Shown one piece after another: positions 28,327 through 39,125 of a stretch of 64,000 nucleotides of DNA. The DNA lies in the IMG/VR virus record IMGVR_UViG_3300025018_000093; one strand, 5' to 3'. The DNA comes from a virus (taxonomy: Duplodnaviria > Caudoviricetes). The position numbers were made by a program, and so were the translations under genes. The notes beneath the pieces were generated by a model, which made no database searches, was not told where the DNA came from, and saw nothing but the letters and a program-made list of their open reading frames with translations. Position 1 is the stretch's first letter; each line of letters starts with the position of its first letter.

Positions 28327-31300
28327 ATGGCGCTGCATCGTAATCTGTCAGGGACAAATATCCACGTTTCCCATGCCTACACGTATGCGGACGCGACAGA
28401 GCGCCTTGCAGCCGTGTTGACGGCGGATGACATTGGTAAAGTCTGCTTTCAGCAGGACAGTTCTGTCTTCTACGTGCTGATAGGCTATTCTCCCATGGCC
28501 TGGGCAGCTATGACCGGGAACATTGCTAATCCGTTGACCGACGAGGGAGATATCCTCTACGGCGGCGCTAGCGGTACGCCACAACGGCTCCCCGGTGTTG
28601 ACGGGAGTTATCTGCGTTCACAAGGGAATGCAGGGGCTCCGACGTTCACGCGAGCCCTCGATGTTGACTCTTTGCTCGCCGCCCCATTGGGGTCGTCCCT
28701 TCACGCTTCGGCTATCCTACAGGCAGACTCCGTTACCCAGGGAATCCTAATGCCCCGGATGACGGAGGCGCAGCGGGACGCGATTACTACCCCGGCTGCC
28801 GGCCTCGTGGTGTACGCGACAGATCAGCGCTGCCCGTATGTCTATGACGGTTTTGTCTGGAGAAAACTGCAGATTGCGGCTACTCAGTTTGTCAGTGTCA
28901 CGACGGACGAGACGGGTGACTTTTTAACCATTCAGGACGCTATCGACAGCATCACCGGCGCTGCTGACGACAACCGTTATGTGGTACGTGTAGGTCCAGG
29001 GACGTTCACCGAGGACGTTACCATGGGAGACTACATTCAGGTTTCCGGTCAAGGATGGGACACTTTGATTCTCGGCCAGGTGATTTGCGACGGCTTGGGG
29101 TACACCCAGCTGAGCAACGTCCGCGTGTTTGCGGTTAACAAGCCAGCTCTGCTTTGTTCTTCGGATGAAGTCAACGTCACAGATTGCTTCCTTGAGTCTG
29201 CCTGGGATGACGCGGAGGACCCTGGGATTGTCCGCTGCTGCGTAGAAGCGTCTTATGGCATCGTTTACCTGTACAAGGAGTCGGAGGCATCTCTAGTCGT
29301 GACGGATGCGGTGAACACTTCCGCGAGCACGATACAGACGGTGTATCACCTCACGGGAACGGACACGGTGTACCTAGAGTCGTACGGAAGCTTTGAGTAC
29401 ATTGACACGGTCAACGGAGGGAACACCCTGTGCTGCCTGTACAGTGACAATACTGACGAGAGTACAGAGGGAGTGCTGACACTAGGTGTGTTTGAGCTGA
29501 GCATGGGGGGCACACACCTAAACAAGGCTACACTGCTAAGTTGTTCAGGTGCGAACAGTGTCTTGATCGCAGAGTACAAGTCGACGCGGGGCGTATCGGC
29601 GGCGGGCACACCGATGTTTATCCTGGCCGATATCAGCAATTCGCCGGTCATGTCTGCGGGGCGGTGCGCTTTTGGAAAAGTAGACCTAACAGGGTTTGCG
29701 GATGCTGATGTGTACTATGCTCGGGCGACTCACGCGACAGACCGGGTAGGTGCTCAGAATTATCTGTTCAAGCGGAGCACAGACTCATTCCCGGCGAGGA
29801 ACACGACGGGGGGATCGGCCGGAAGTTGTAAGTACAATCTTGCGACCAATTTCGGATCGGCGTCATCCTCAGGGAAGTTCAACGATGCGGATCACGGGGC
29901 GCAGATCACTGACTGGGCGACCGTCGCAGAAGCCCTCGGAGGGGAAGCCTCTGCTGCCGGGGATATTTTCGTAAGTGACGGCCTTGGTAGCGGAGCCATG
30001 CTTCCTACTGTCCCGGTAACAAGGGTGTTGACCGTTGGGGTTGGAACCGGTGCTCAGTACAGCTCAATCAAGACCGCGATTGAAGCGGCAATCACCGGGG
30101 GAGCCTCCGCGACCTCTCCTTGGAGGGTTGACGTCTATCCGGGGACGTACACCGAAGATCCGATGGTGCTTGCGCCCGGAATCGTACTGACGAGTCTCGA
30201 TTCGAGATCAGACACGGTGTTCATCGTCGCTAGCGATTCTCTTGAAGACCTGTTTACCTGCACGGGCGGCTACATGACAGGCATGCTCCTGTCTGGTGTT
30301 GCGGCGGCGGCTAAGGCGCTGATTCGCTGCGCCACGGCTAGTACCCTAACCGTTCTGCACGGCATCTCAGTGAGAGGGTGCTCTACAGGTATCGCGGTGT
30401 CGAACGGCGCTTCTGTGGTAGCTACGTCGTTCTCGATCCATCTTACCGGACCGAGTCAAGGGATAACCACGGCAGTTCAGGTGTTGTCTGGTGGAGCTTT
30501 CCATATGTCCGGAGGCTTTGTGTCGGCGCCTGCTGCCCTGTTGCCTTACTACTCCGTCAATCCTATTCAGACAGTGTTTAACTGCAGCGGCAGCTCGTCT
30601 GTGTGTTTCTTGACGTCGTGCACGCTCCTACTGTCCTACAAGACCGACGATGCTACGGGTCTCCTATGTGACGACGGAGGGGATCTGTCCATCTTCGCGT
30701 CTCAGGTATCAGGGGCAGGTATTGCAGCGCATATCGGGTCGTCGGGCAGTGCGTCTCAGATTATGATTCAAGGTTGTTCCTTCTCGAATAACTACCTGAA
30801 TGGGAAGTGCGAATCGTCGACAGGTTTGTTTTTTGTCAACGCCAGCTCTACGGCGTTGCAATGGGACGGAGTTGCCGGGTCCGTTCTGTCTGGTATAGTG
30901 CAGTTGCGCGGGCAGGATAGAACCTACCTGGTAGGAGAGGCCTCTTACTCGGATGTTGAGGGACACACGGTAGACCTGGCTCACTACCTACACGACGGGT
31001 TATCGACGGGTGTGTCCGTTGGCGGCGAAGTAACGCCCTCCTCAGGCCTCGATGTTGACGTAGCTGCGGGAAGGGGATGGGTAGTTGAGCATGCCACGCA
31101 TTCCTCGCAGGATGCGGAATGGGAAGCGACGTCTCTAACTCTCACGGCGAACTCTACTTGCTATGTTGTGTATGACTCGGTTGCGGCTGCGATTGCGGAG
31201 AAGTTGACCGCTCCAGGGTTGTCGTCCGTCTTGCTTGCTATCGTTGTAACCGGTGCGAGCAGCCTGAGATTTGTTCATCTTGCTCGGACGGTAGTGCACG

Positions 31301-33057
31301 ACAACGCTAAGATGCTCAATGACTACCTCAGCGATACGAGAAAGGTAGCGTTGAAGAGCGGGTTGGGAGTTGTACAAGGGACAACAGCGAGGAACATCAC
31401 AGTAGGATCGGGATCATACTACCTGATGCTGGATGCGGTGACCTACGCCGGGGCTGCGGATGCTACCTTCAGTGCCTTCTATGGTACGAACGGGGCTACC
31501 GAGGTCGCGTCTCAGACTCAGTTAGATATCACCCAGTATGACTCTTCGGGCACGTTGACCAATCTCACGGCAGGCTATTTCCGTGCTGATACTGTAGTAT
31601 TGACGTCAGACGGCCGTGTCAGCGTTATCTATGGCACAGAGGAGTTTGCAACGCAGGTAGCTGCGGAAGCGGCGCTAGTGGCGGCCATTCCGACGTTCAT
31701 TGAGCCGAGCGCTTTCCTACTTGCTCTTGTCATTGTCCAGCAGGCGTCCGGGATCGTATCCGTTCTCGACCGAAGACTTCAGCCAGCCACTGGAGGATCG
31801 GGAGGTGGATCGGCCGGTGTGACGGTCCACGCGGCGCTGACGGGCCTAAGTGCAGATGACCATACGCAGTATCTTTTGGCTGCGGGGACACGAGCTATGT
31901 CCGGCTCCCTGGACATGGGCGGGAACGCGATTACCGACGTTGGAAATGTCGACGGTGTCGATGTTTCCTCACACATGGACAGGCATTTACCGGGAGGAGC
32001 AGACGCGCTCACACTCGCTACGCCGTCTGTGATCGTTCCAGGAGCTGCCTCGGCTGGATCTGCAGCATCTTTTGTGCGCAGCGACCACCAGCACGGCATC
32101 GGCACCGGGACTCCTGTAGCTGTAGGGACAGCAAATAGCGCAGGGTCGGGGACGGATGTATCGCTTGCCAATCATGTGCACGATCACGGATCGCAGACCG
32201 TAGCTACTCACCATGCTGCGGTGACGACGTCAGCCAATGGATTCATGACGGCGGCGGATAAGACGAAGCTCGACGGTGTAGCTACGGGGGCAACGAATGT
32301 GACCCTATCGAGCACAGCACCCGTCAACGTCACGAAGGCGACGGCGTCTGCCGGGGCGGCCACTCAGGCGGCAAGGCAGGACCACAAGCACGATATCTCC
32401 ACGGCCACGGCTGTAGGCGTTCCACCCGGAACGGCAAATGCAGAGGGAGTGTCGGCCTCGCTTGCTCGCGCGGACCACACACACGCGGTGCCTGCTTATG
32501 GGACTGTTGTGTCTACGATCTGCCAGGGAAACGATTCCCGCCTGTCAGACGATAGGACTGCGAGCGGGTTACGCACCGCGACGACTGTTGTGTCAGTTTC
32601 GACAGCTACAGCACCCTCAGCGGGTCAAGTGCTTCAGGCGTCCAGCTCGACTTCCGCCGCCTGGGCTACGCCGGCCACGGTAGTCTTTGGGCAGGATTAT
32701 CAGTACGCCGAGTCGCTTGCACGGTCAACGACCACCTCATCTGTTTTCCAAACCAAGGTGACGCTGACTACGCCGGCTCTAACGGGCACGTATAGGGTTG
32801 CGTGGACGGCCGGGTACGGTATGGATTCCACGTCGAATAGGCGTATCGCGGCCAGGTTGTATAACAGCACGGATGCAGTCGAGCTGGACATCAAGTCGGT
32901 AAGACCTTCGGTGACCACTGTCACAGAGTCGGCCGGAGGTTTCGCTCAGGTAACGTTCACGGGTTCGGCCAAGACGTTCTTGGTTCAGTTTAGAGCGCTT
33001 GACGGAACATCGGTCGCGATTGAGAATGCCCGCTTGGAGTTCTGGAGAGTCGCGTAG
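28327..33057 (+). CDS. Giant tail fibre/spike with two pectin-lyase-like beta-helix starts and xDHxH repeats
   Basis: 1576 aa. DFLTIQDAID...GPGTFTE and QYSSIKTAIE...YPGTYTE; RSDHQH, RQDHKH, RADHTH; jelly-roll-like tip. Confidence 0.75.
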   Translation: MALHRNLSGTNIHVSHAYTYADATERLAAVLTADDIGKVCFQQDSSVFYVLIGYSPMAWAAMTGNIANPLTDEGDILYGGASGTPQRLPGVDGSYLRSQGNAGAPTFTRALDVDSLLAAPLGSSLHASAILQADSVTQGILMPRMTEAQRDAITTPAAGLVVYATDQRCPYVYDGFVWRKLQIAATQFVSVTTDETGDFLTIQDAIDSITGAADDNRYVVRVGPGTFTEDVTMGDYIQVSGQGWDTLILGQVICDGLGYTQLSNVRVFAVNKPALLCSSDEVNVTDCFLESAWDDAEDPGIVRCCVEASYGIVYLYKESEASLVVTDAVNTSASTIQTVYHLTGTDTVYLESYGSFEYIDTVNGGNTLCCLYSDNTDESTEGVLTLGVFELSMGGTHLNKATLLSCSGANSVLIAEYKSTRGVSAAGTPMFILADISNSPVMSAGRCAFGKVDLTGFADADVYYARATHATDRVGAQNYLFKRSTDSFPARNTTGGSAGSCKYNLATNFGSASSSGKFNDADHGAQITDWATVAEALGGEASAAGDIFVSDGLGSGAMLPTVPVTRVLTVGVGTGAQYSSIKTAIEAAITGGASATSPWRVDVYPGTYTEDPMVLAPGIVLTSLDSRSDTVFIVASDSLEDLFTCTGGYMTGMLLSGVAAAAKALIRCATASTLTVLHGISVRGCSTGIAVSNGASVVATSFSIHLTGPSQGITTAVQVLSGGAFHMSGGFVSAPAALLPYYSVNPIQTVFNCSGSSSVCFLTSCTLLLSYKTDDATGLLCDDGGDLSIFASQVSGAGIAAHIGSSGSASQIMIQGCSFSNNYLNGKCESSTGLFFVNASSTALQWDGVAGSVLSGIVQLRGQDRTYLVGEASYSDVEGHTVDLAHYLHDGLSTGVSVGGEVTPSSGLDVDVAAGRGWVVEHATHSSQDAEWEATSLTLTANSTCYVVYDSVAAAIAEKLTAPGLSSVLLAIVVTGASSLRFVHLARTVVHDNAKMLNDYLSDTRKVALKSGLGVVQGTTARNITVGSGSYYLMLDAVTYAGAADATFSAFYGTNGATEVASQTQLDITQYDSSGTLTNLTAGYFRADTVVLTSDGRVSVIYGTEEFATQVAAEAALVAAIPTFIEPSAFLLALVIVQQASGIVSVLDRRLQPATGGSGGGSAGVTVHAALTGLSADDHTQYLLAAGTRAMSGSLDMGGNAITDVGNVDGVDVSSHMDRHLPGGADALTLATPSVIVPGAASAGSAASFVRSDHQHGIGTGTPVAVGTANSAGSGTDVSLANHVHDHGSQTVATHHAAVTTSANGFMTAADKTKLDGVATGATNVTLSSTAPVNVTKATASAGAATQAARQDHKHDISTATAVGVPPGTANAEGVSASLARADHTHAVPAYGTVVSTICQGNDSRLSDDRTASGLRTATTVVSVSTATAPSAGQVLQASSSTSAAWATPATVVFGQDYQYAESLARSTTTSSVFQTKVTLTTPALTGTYRVAWTAGYGMDSTSNRRIAARLYNSTDAVELDIKSVRPSVTTVTESAGGFAQVTFTGSAKTFLVQFRALDGTSVAIENARLEFWRVA

Positions 33058-33079
33058 CGAGAAGGATTGGGAGTAAGCT

Positions 33080-34141
33080 ATGGCCGTCAAGTATACCTAT
33101 TCGATTCAGAGCGATTTTCCTCAGCACGCTGTCTCCCCGGATCGGCTGTTGAAGGAGGTGCGGGACAGTGCTGTGACAATCGCGCTGGACTACATAAACT
33201 CCGACGCGACCTCCTGTGATCTGTGGTTTAAGGCGGACCTTCCGACAGCAGACAAGAGCCTGCTCGACTCCCTGGTTGCGGCACACTCAGGAGAGCCGTT
33301 GCCGGACGAAGCACTGGCCGTGGTGCTGCCGGGTACTCAGGAACTCGACCACGCGACACTCGTGTCCCTGTCCCCTAGACAAGGAACAGAGGTTGTCCGG
33401 GCGACGCATAATCTCTGCGATGCCACGACGTGGTGGGAGGGGTCGACTCGTGTAGAATCCGAGGTGTTGACGGACTCGGGGGACGGGCTCCGCTGGGTGT
33501 CTCAGCATCCTGTGTGGATTGATTTGGACCATGGGAAGATATACGAGGAAGAGCAGATTGTTGAAGAGTACCGCCCCGTCATATCGGTCGACGGAGTCGA
33601 GGCAACGGACTACGTTATTGACTACCAGACGGGTGACGTGACGTTTGCGACGTCGAAAGCCGGGCAGATTGTGACCGCGACCTACAACTACGCGGTTACG
33701 TCGACGTGGACTCTTGTTCCCTACCCAGGGAAGATCCTATGCGTCGAGCAGGCGGAGATTCAGCTCAGCGCTGACATTCAGATGGACAGCCCGTTCGTGT
33801 TGGAGCTGCACGGGTACGTCGACGTTTTTGCGCCGGAAATGGCCGAGAGCAACGGAGGCCCGGTTCCGAACGGAACGAAGATCAAGCTCGGCGCGGCGGT
33901 GTACAAAACCGTGGCTCAGATTATTGACGAGGCCAAGGGCAGCTATCCTCCGATACCTCCTATTGGCGGGTCGATTGGCGGCACACAAAACACGTTCTAC
34001 GTGTTTCCGTTTGTCTACCTAGCTACCAAGGAGCTTAGGGCTTCATATGGCATGGAGTACCATGTCTACGTACTAGGTGACACAGTGTACGGCGGGGAGA
34101 GAGCTACGGCGACGTTCTATTGCGTGTGCCGAGACGAATAG
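33080..34141 (+). CDS. Putative virion structural protein
   Basis: 353 aa; DYVIDYQTGDVTF...IVTATYNY baseplate/fibre-type motif. Confidence 0.6.
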   Translation: MAVKYTYSIQSDFPQHAVSPDRLLKEVRDSAVTIALDYINSDATSCDLWFKADLPTADKSLLDSLVAAHSGEPLPDEALAVVLPGTQELDHATLVSLSPRQGTEVVRATHNLCDATTWWEGSTRVESEVLTDSGDGLRWVSQHPVWIDLDHGKIYEEEQIVEEYRPVISVDGVEATDYVIDYQTGDVTFATSKAGQIVTATYNYAVTSTWTLVPYPGKILCVEQAEIQLSADIQMDSPFVLELHGYVDVFAPEMAESNGGPVPNGTKIKLGAAVYKTVAQIIDEAKGSYPPIPPIGGSIGGTQNTFYVFPFVYLATKELRASYGMEYHVYVLGDTVYGGERATATFYCVCRDE

Positions 34142-34152
34142 CGGAGGGAAGC

Positions 34153-35067
34153 ATGAGAGCACTTGTCTTGTCCGGTGGTGGTGTGAAGGGTGCTTATCAG
34201 GTGGGGGCAATCTCTCACTTGGTTGGGAGGCTGCGGCGGCACTATCCTATCGTGTGCGGCGTGTCTGTTGGGGCTATCAACGCGGCTCACCTAGCCCAGT
34301 ATGCTAACGGGTACGAGAGTGACGCATCCGACCAGCTGTTGAAGCTATGGCACTCCCTCACGACGGGCAAGGTGCACAAGCGCTGGTTTCCCTTCGGCCG
34401 GCTCCACGGGCTATGGAAGCCGTCGCTGTACAACAGTGCTCCATTGCGCGCGTTCCTGGAGCAGCATCTAAAGACAGATACTATCCTCGACTCAGGCAAG
34501 AAGCTACGCCTTGGTGCTGTGTCCCTCGACACCGGGGAGTACACGGCCTTCACTGAGGCTTGCGGAGACTTGGTCGGGGCAGTACTGGCTTCGGCATCGT
34601 TTCCGGGGATGCTGCTGCCTATCCATCTTGTCGGCACGTCGGCCACAGACCTATACACGGATGGAGGGGTGAAGAACGTCACTCCGCTGGCGGATGCTAT
34701 CAGGCTTGGGGCTACTCATATCGACGTCGTTCTAACTGCTCCGAAGGATAACCGGTACACGCGGCTGGCGAAGCCGAACGCTGTTGACGTGTTGATGCGC
34801 AGTGCCGAGCTAATGAGTGACGAGATCATCGAGAACGATCTGCGCGTGTGTCGTTCAGGGAATCGGAGAGCGGAGCTGGGGGAGATCGGCATGAGGCATA
34901 TCGAACTCACGGTCATACGGCCTGAGATCCCCTTATGCGAGGATTCGCTGCGGTTTGATCCTAAAGAAATCGCTGATATGATCGCTAAGGGCGAGGCGGA
35001 CGCCGCTACGGCTACGGGCGAGGTGGACGCCGCTACGGCTACGGACGCCGCTACGGCTACGGAATAG
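34153..35067 (+). CDS. Patatin-like phospholipase
   Basis: LSGGGVKGAYQVG (oxyanion loop), GVSVG (nucleophile), TDGG (catalytic Asp). Confidence 0.92.
   Translation: MRALVLSGGGVKGAYQVGAISHLVGRLRRHYPIVCGVSVGAINAAHLAQYANGYESDASDQLLKLWHSLTTGKVHKRWFPFGRLHGLWKPSLYNSAPLRAFLEQHLKTDTILDSGKKLRLGAVSLDTGEYTAFTEACGDLVGAVLASASFPGMLLPIHLVGTSATDLYTDGGVKNVTPLADAIRLGATHIDVVLTAPKDNRYTRLAKPNAVDVLMRSAELMSDEIIENDLRVCRSGNRRAELGEIGMRHIELTVIRPEIPLCEDSLRFDPKEIADMIAKGEADAATATGEVDAATATDAATATE
34999..35061 (+). repeat. 18-bp repeat x3 (DAATAT) at the patatin C-terminus
   Basis: gacgccgctacggctacg at 34999, 35026 and 35044. Confidence 0.9.
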
Positions 35068-35077
35068 GGAGGAAGAG

Positions 35078-35509
35078 ATGGGATGGGCTGCTACAGCGGA
35101 GCTTAGTGTTAAGGTCTTGGACGTAGAACTGGTGTCAGGCCAAGAACCTGACAATGCCGAGGATTTCGCGACAGACGTGTACGTGACTTTTGAGTTGACA
35201 TGAGTCGATGTGGCTCGACTTCTGGGTGTGCAGTACCGTACGCTCGACAAACACTCTGTAAAGAGGACCGAGCGACAGTGGCTACATGCCTTGCAGGATG
35301 GTAAGTATGCAACAGATGTGCTTAGGGCTCTCAAGCCCTACGTGAAAAAGGAAGTGTACTCATACTGCCTGGATGAGTTTGGCGAGCGTCCTCGGGGACT
35401 GGATCTGGAGTGGGCAGATACTTTTGATTCGAGCATACATTCCGTGGTGTATGACACCCGGAAAGAAAGGCTACATGTGGCTATCGAGGTGAGTGCTTTG
35501 GCGGACTAG
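35078..35509 (+). pseudogene. Hypothetical gene interrupted by an in-frame TGA (35201-35203)
   Basis: GGAGG RBS then MGWAATAEL...FELT*VDVARLLG...ALAD*, all in one frame. Confidence 0.5.
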
Positions 35510-35553
35510 TTTCGGTGGGAGACGCCAGGCGTACCTGCGCGGAGTAAGGGTAG

Positions 35554-36270
35554 ATGGAATTCTTCATTGCAGAGTCTTCTGACACCTCAATCCCCTTGAA
35601 TCTGACTCTGGAGCAGGAGGGGGTTGGTGGCATCACGGGGAAGAGTCCGACTGTGGCTCTGCGAGATGGGTCCACTTCCAGTTCGTACTTTGACTGGGCG
35701 GATGGTCTGTTCAAGACGTCTGGGTGGACTATGAAGAACGCAGTGATGGCAGAGGTGGGGAACGGCCACTACATCTACATCTTGAATGCTGCTGTGGCCG
35801 GGACAATCATCCCTGGGTTGGTCCTGGTTGCAGAGTTTCATGTGGATGACGGCAGCTCAGTGATCGGAGTTGACCACGACACGATTCGCATCGTTGCCTC
35901 AATTGATGACATCCCTGGGGATATCAGTGGAGGTGGCGGGACTGGTGGGGTCCTCGTGGTGAATGGGGAAGTCTACAACTTCAACGAGTGGGTGACTGAG
36001 ATCACCCTCCCGCAGTCGGGAACGCAAGCGCAGCGCCTCATCGAGTTCGACACTGAAACAAGAGGGTTTGGAAAAGTCTACATTGAGTCCAATCTCTCCG
36101 TGATCTACGTGCAGTTCGGAGACTTGACTGTAAACGCTGATTCTTCTATCGCCTCGATTAGGTTGGTGGGTGGTGCCCCTTGGGCAATTGCCACAAGAGG
36201 CCACACTCATATGTCCGTGTACGCCTCCGCAGATATCTCCATCCGTGTGCGGGGGCTTGTTCCTGTGTAG
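35554..36270 (+). CDS. Putative virion protein with Ig-like N-terminal domain
   Basis: 238 aa, beta-rich; an internal part is duplicated at 37969-38089. Confidence 0.6.
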   Translation: MEFFIAESSDTSIPLNLTLEQEGVGGITGKSPTVALRDGSTSSSYFDWADGLFKTSGWTMKNAVMAEVGNGHYIYILNAAVAGTIIPGLVLVAEFHVDDGSSVIGVDHDTIRIVASIDDIPGDISGGGGTGGVLVVNGEVYNFNEWVTEITLPQSGTQAQRLIEFDTETRGFGKVYIESNLSVIYVQFGDLTVNADSSIASIRLVGGAPWAIATRGHTHMSVYASADISIRVRGLVPV

Positions 36271-36286
36271 GCCGCGCTACTCGTTC

Positions 36287-36308
36287 TATACAGATCCCTT
36301 GATAGTAG
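36287..36308 (+). promoter_or_regulatory. Candidate late promoter (looser match)
   Basis: TATAC-N9-GATAGTAG, intergenic. Confidence 0.35.
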
Positions 36309-36362
36309 ATGGGCTCGTCTTGAGCCACCATTCGAGGTTGACCCCACAAAGAGGAGCACAAG

Positions 36363-37055
36363 ATGGGCGCAGATACTCGGTACATCGTTGTTCGCCGTAC
36401 AGACATCCCGAATGGGACGCTGCAGGTTCTGGATCTTTCACCCAATGAGTCGCAGCGGAACTTGGTTTATGATCCCCCAGGTCAGACCAAGTATCTCAAC
36501 CGATTCCAGAATGACACCGTGCTCACGGTGGTCGGGAGTGGCGGTTCGATTCGGGCTCGCGGTGACTTGAAGGGCATTGGAGCGTACCTGATCGACCATG
36601 TGGAAGCTGGCGGTCTCGGGGCAGGCGTGGCTGCTTTCACGGCGACACAAGCCAACGCTGCCGCTGCAGCTCTCGTGGCCATTGCGAATGCGGGGACGGC
36701 TCTGACGCTCATCACTGTCAATGCGGCTCTCTCTGGCATCGTGGCACTTACAGAGCTGACCAACGCCGGCCTTTCGGCTTCCACGGGTTCGCTGGAAGAG
36801 CTTCTGCGTATCATGGCAGGGGCCGAGTACATTGTCCCGAACGGGTCCCTCCTGGACACGAATGGCTCCACGTTTAACCCCATCGTCAGTGGTAGCTTCT
36901 CGGCGGGCGTCGAGCGTGAGGTCTTCGCGACAGGCTACTTCATGCTCTCCCTGAATGGGGGTGAGCTGGCGGAACTCAAGAGCAGCCAGTTCACGTACAA
37001 GGGTGTGACCGGGGCAGCCGTCGCTATCTATAGCAACACGGGCGCTGTGCTCTGA
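36363..37055 (+). CDS. Putative virion structural protein
   Basis: GAGGAG RBS, 230 aa, preceded by a candidate late-promoter motif. Confidence 0.65.
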   Translation: MGADTRYIVVRRTDIPNGTLQVLDLSPNESQRNLVYDPPGQTKYLNRFQNDTVLTVVGSGGSIRARGDLKGIGAYLIDHVEAGGLGAGVAAFTATQANAAAAALVAIANAGTALTLITVNAALSGIVALTELTNAGLSASTGSLEELLRIMAGAEYIVPNGSLLDTNGSTFNPIVSGSFSAGVEREVFATGYFMLSLNGGELAELKSSQFTYKGVTGAAVAIYSNTGAVL

Positions 37056-37253
37056 TCTACCCTCGCGACTTCGCATCGAAATGAGGTCTGACATGAGTGG
37101 CAAGGACACTTTCGAGACAGGTGGCCTGTACTTTGCCGCATATCTGAAAGCAGCTAGAATTCCTTGGAAGGGTTGTCTGCCAGACAACCGGGATGGTCGC
37201 AGGGGGAGGATGAAGTTCGTCTTCGAGAACTCTGAGGAGATCCCACAGCTCCA

Positions 37254-37464
37254 GTGGACGGCCGGGTACGGTATGAATTCCACGTCGAATAGGCGTATCG
37301 CGGCCAGGTTGTATAACAGCACGGATGCAGTCGAGCTGGACATCAAGTCGGTAAGACCTTCGGTGACCACTGTCACAGAGTCGGCCGGAGGTTTCGCTCA
37401 GGTAACGTTCACGGGTTCGGCCAAGACGTTCTTGGTTCAGTTTAGAGCGCTTGACGGAACATCG
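37254..37464 (+). repeat. 211-bp copy of 32802-33012 (tail-fibre tip), one mismatch
   Basis: Base-by-base comparison; G32824 corresponds to A37276. Confidence 0.97.
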
Positions 37465-37968
<504 letters not shown>

Positions 37969-38089
37969 CATCGTTGCCTCAATTGATGACATCCCTGGGG
38001 ATATCAGTGGAGGTGGCGGGACTGGTGGGGTCCTCGTGGTGAATGGGGAAGTCTACAACTTCAACGAGTGGGTGACTGAGATCACCCTC
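37969..38089 (+). repeat. 121-bp exact copy of 35889-36009
   Basis: Base-by-base comparison. Confidence 0.97.
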
Positions 38090-38180
38090 AGTCGTTGCCC
38101 GCAGGGGAAGATCGTAGCTTTGAATTACGCTGACGAGATCAAGGCGTTGAAAGCCATGACTCGCGTGTGAGGCTTCCCTG

Positions 38181-39125
38181 TTGAATCCGAACCACATCCG
38201 GAAGGCTTGGCTCGCTGTGAATGTGCAGGATCCCTGGCACAACATTCGGGAAGCTTGCAAGCAAGCGCTTCTCCTGGAAGATCACCTCTTCCACCCAGCG
38301 AAGTATTGCGAAGATTGTATCAGCAAGCATCTCCTGATGATGGAAGCTCTCCTTGAGGAAGCCGTCACCCTGGACGTGTCAGGAAGCCTCCAGAAGCTCC
38401 TAGGAAGCCTTCTGACGCGCGTGCTGACCTACCAGGTACTTTGGGCCTCCGGTCGCGCGGACGCGCGTCAGCTTGCCCAGGCGTTGCGCAAATGGCGCAA
38501 GGGGATCTGCGCGCAGGTCCTCCGCCCTCGAACGGTACACACTTCGCGTGTGGCTTCTACAGAAGCTGCTCGAAACACTGCCCTGAACCTCATTGAAGAA
38601 TCTCCCGGGAAGTCGTTTGAAAGCCTGGCGAAGACGGTACGTCAGCACGCCCAGTACCTGCGGGACCCTGTTACTCGGCAACGTGTTGACGCGGAAGATG
38701 TGGTCGAGGAGTTGGCCAAGTTGATGGGTGAGGAAGAGGTCTCGGAGGAAGACAAGCTACCTGGGGGGTACATCACGGTCTATCACGCCACGGACAGGAG
38801 CACCGCGCAGGAGTTCCTGAAGCGAGGCGCTATCCCCGAAATGAAGCCCCGACCCCGAGTCCCGATGGAGTACGCTCCGGGGAGGGGTGTTGACGTGGGT
38901 CTTTACGTGGGTCACTCTGCGAAGGCAGTGGATTCCTACGGCCCTGTGGTGCTCTCTGTGGCTGTTCCAAAGAAGTGGCTGGAAGTGCCCACAGAACTGT
39001 CCCAGTTGGGCTACAAAGACCCACTGAGGGCTCTACACGAGCATGACGGGGCCATCATCAAGAAACGTATCCCAGCTTCGGCCTTCAAAGTCGTTTTGGG
39101 GAAAGTTGGAAGGAGTGCAGCATGA
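38181..39125 (+). CDS. Two-domain protein: helical Cys/His domain + ADP-ribosyltransferase-like domain
   Basis: N: HNIREACKQALLLEDHLFH..KYCEDCISKH. C: VYHAT...RG...GLYVG...YGPVVLSVAVP (H-Y-Y ART-like pattern). Confidence 0.55.
   Translation: MNPNHIRKAWLAVNVQDPWHNIREACKQALLLEDHLFHPAKYCEDCISKHLLMMEALLEEAVTLDVSGSLQKLLGSLLTRVLTYQVLWASGRADARQLAQALRKWRKGICAQVLRPRTVHTSRVASTEAARNTALNLIEESPGKSFESLAKTVRQHAQYLRDPVTRQRVDAEDVVEELAKLMGEEEVSEEDKLPGGYITVYHATDRSTAQEFLKRGAIPEMKPRPRVPMEYAPGRGVDVGLYVGHSAKAVDSYGPVVLSVAVPKKWLEVPTELSQLGYKDPLRALHEHDGAIIKKRIPASAFKVVLGKVGRSAA

Noticed and set aside
35201-35203. Alternative genetic code (TGA as Trp or Gly)
   Set aside because: Many genes end cleanly at TGA with ATGA/GTGA overlaps, and long genes have no internal TGA.
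32802-37464. Diversity-generating retroelement: repeat of the fibre 3' end with the mismatch at an A in the downstream copy (AAT versus GAT)
   Set aside because: Only one mismatch in 211 bp, no reverse transcriptase or avd gene in the window, and the copy is part of a mosaic insert. Reconsider only if an RT is found elsewhere and reads show A-specific variation.
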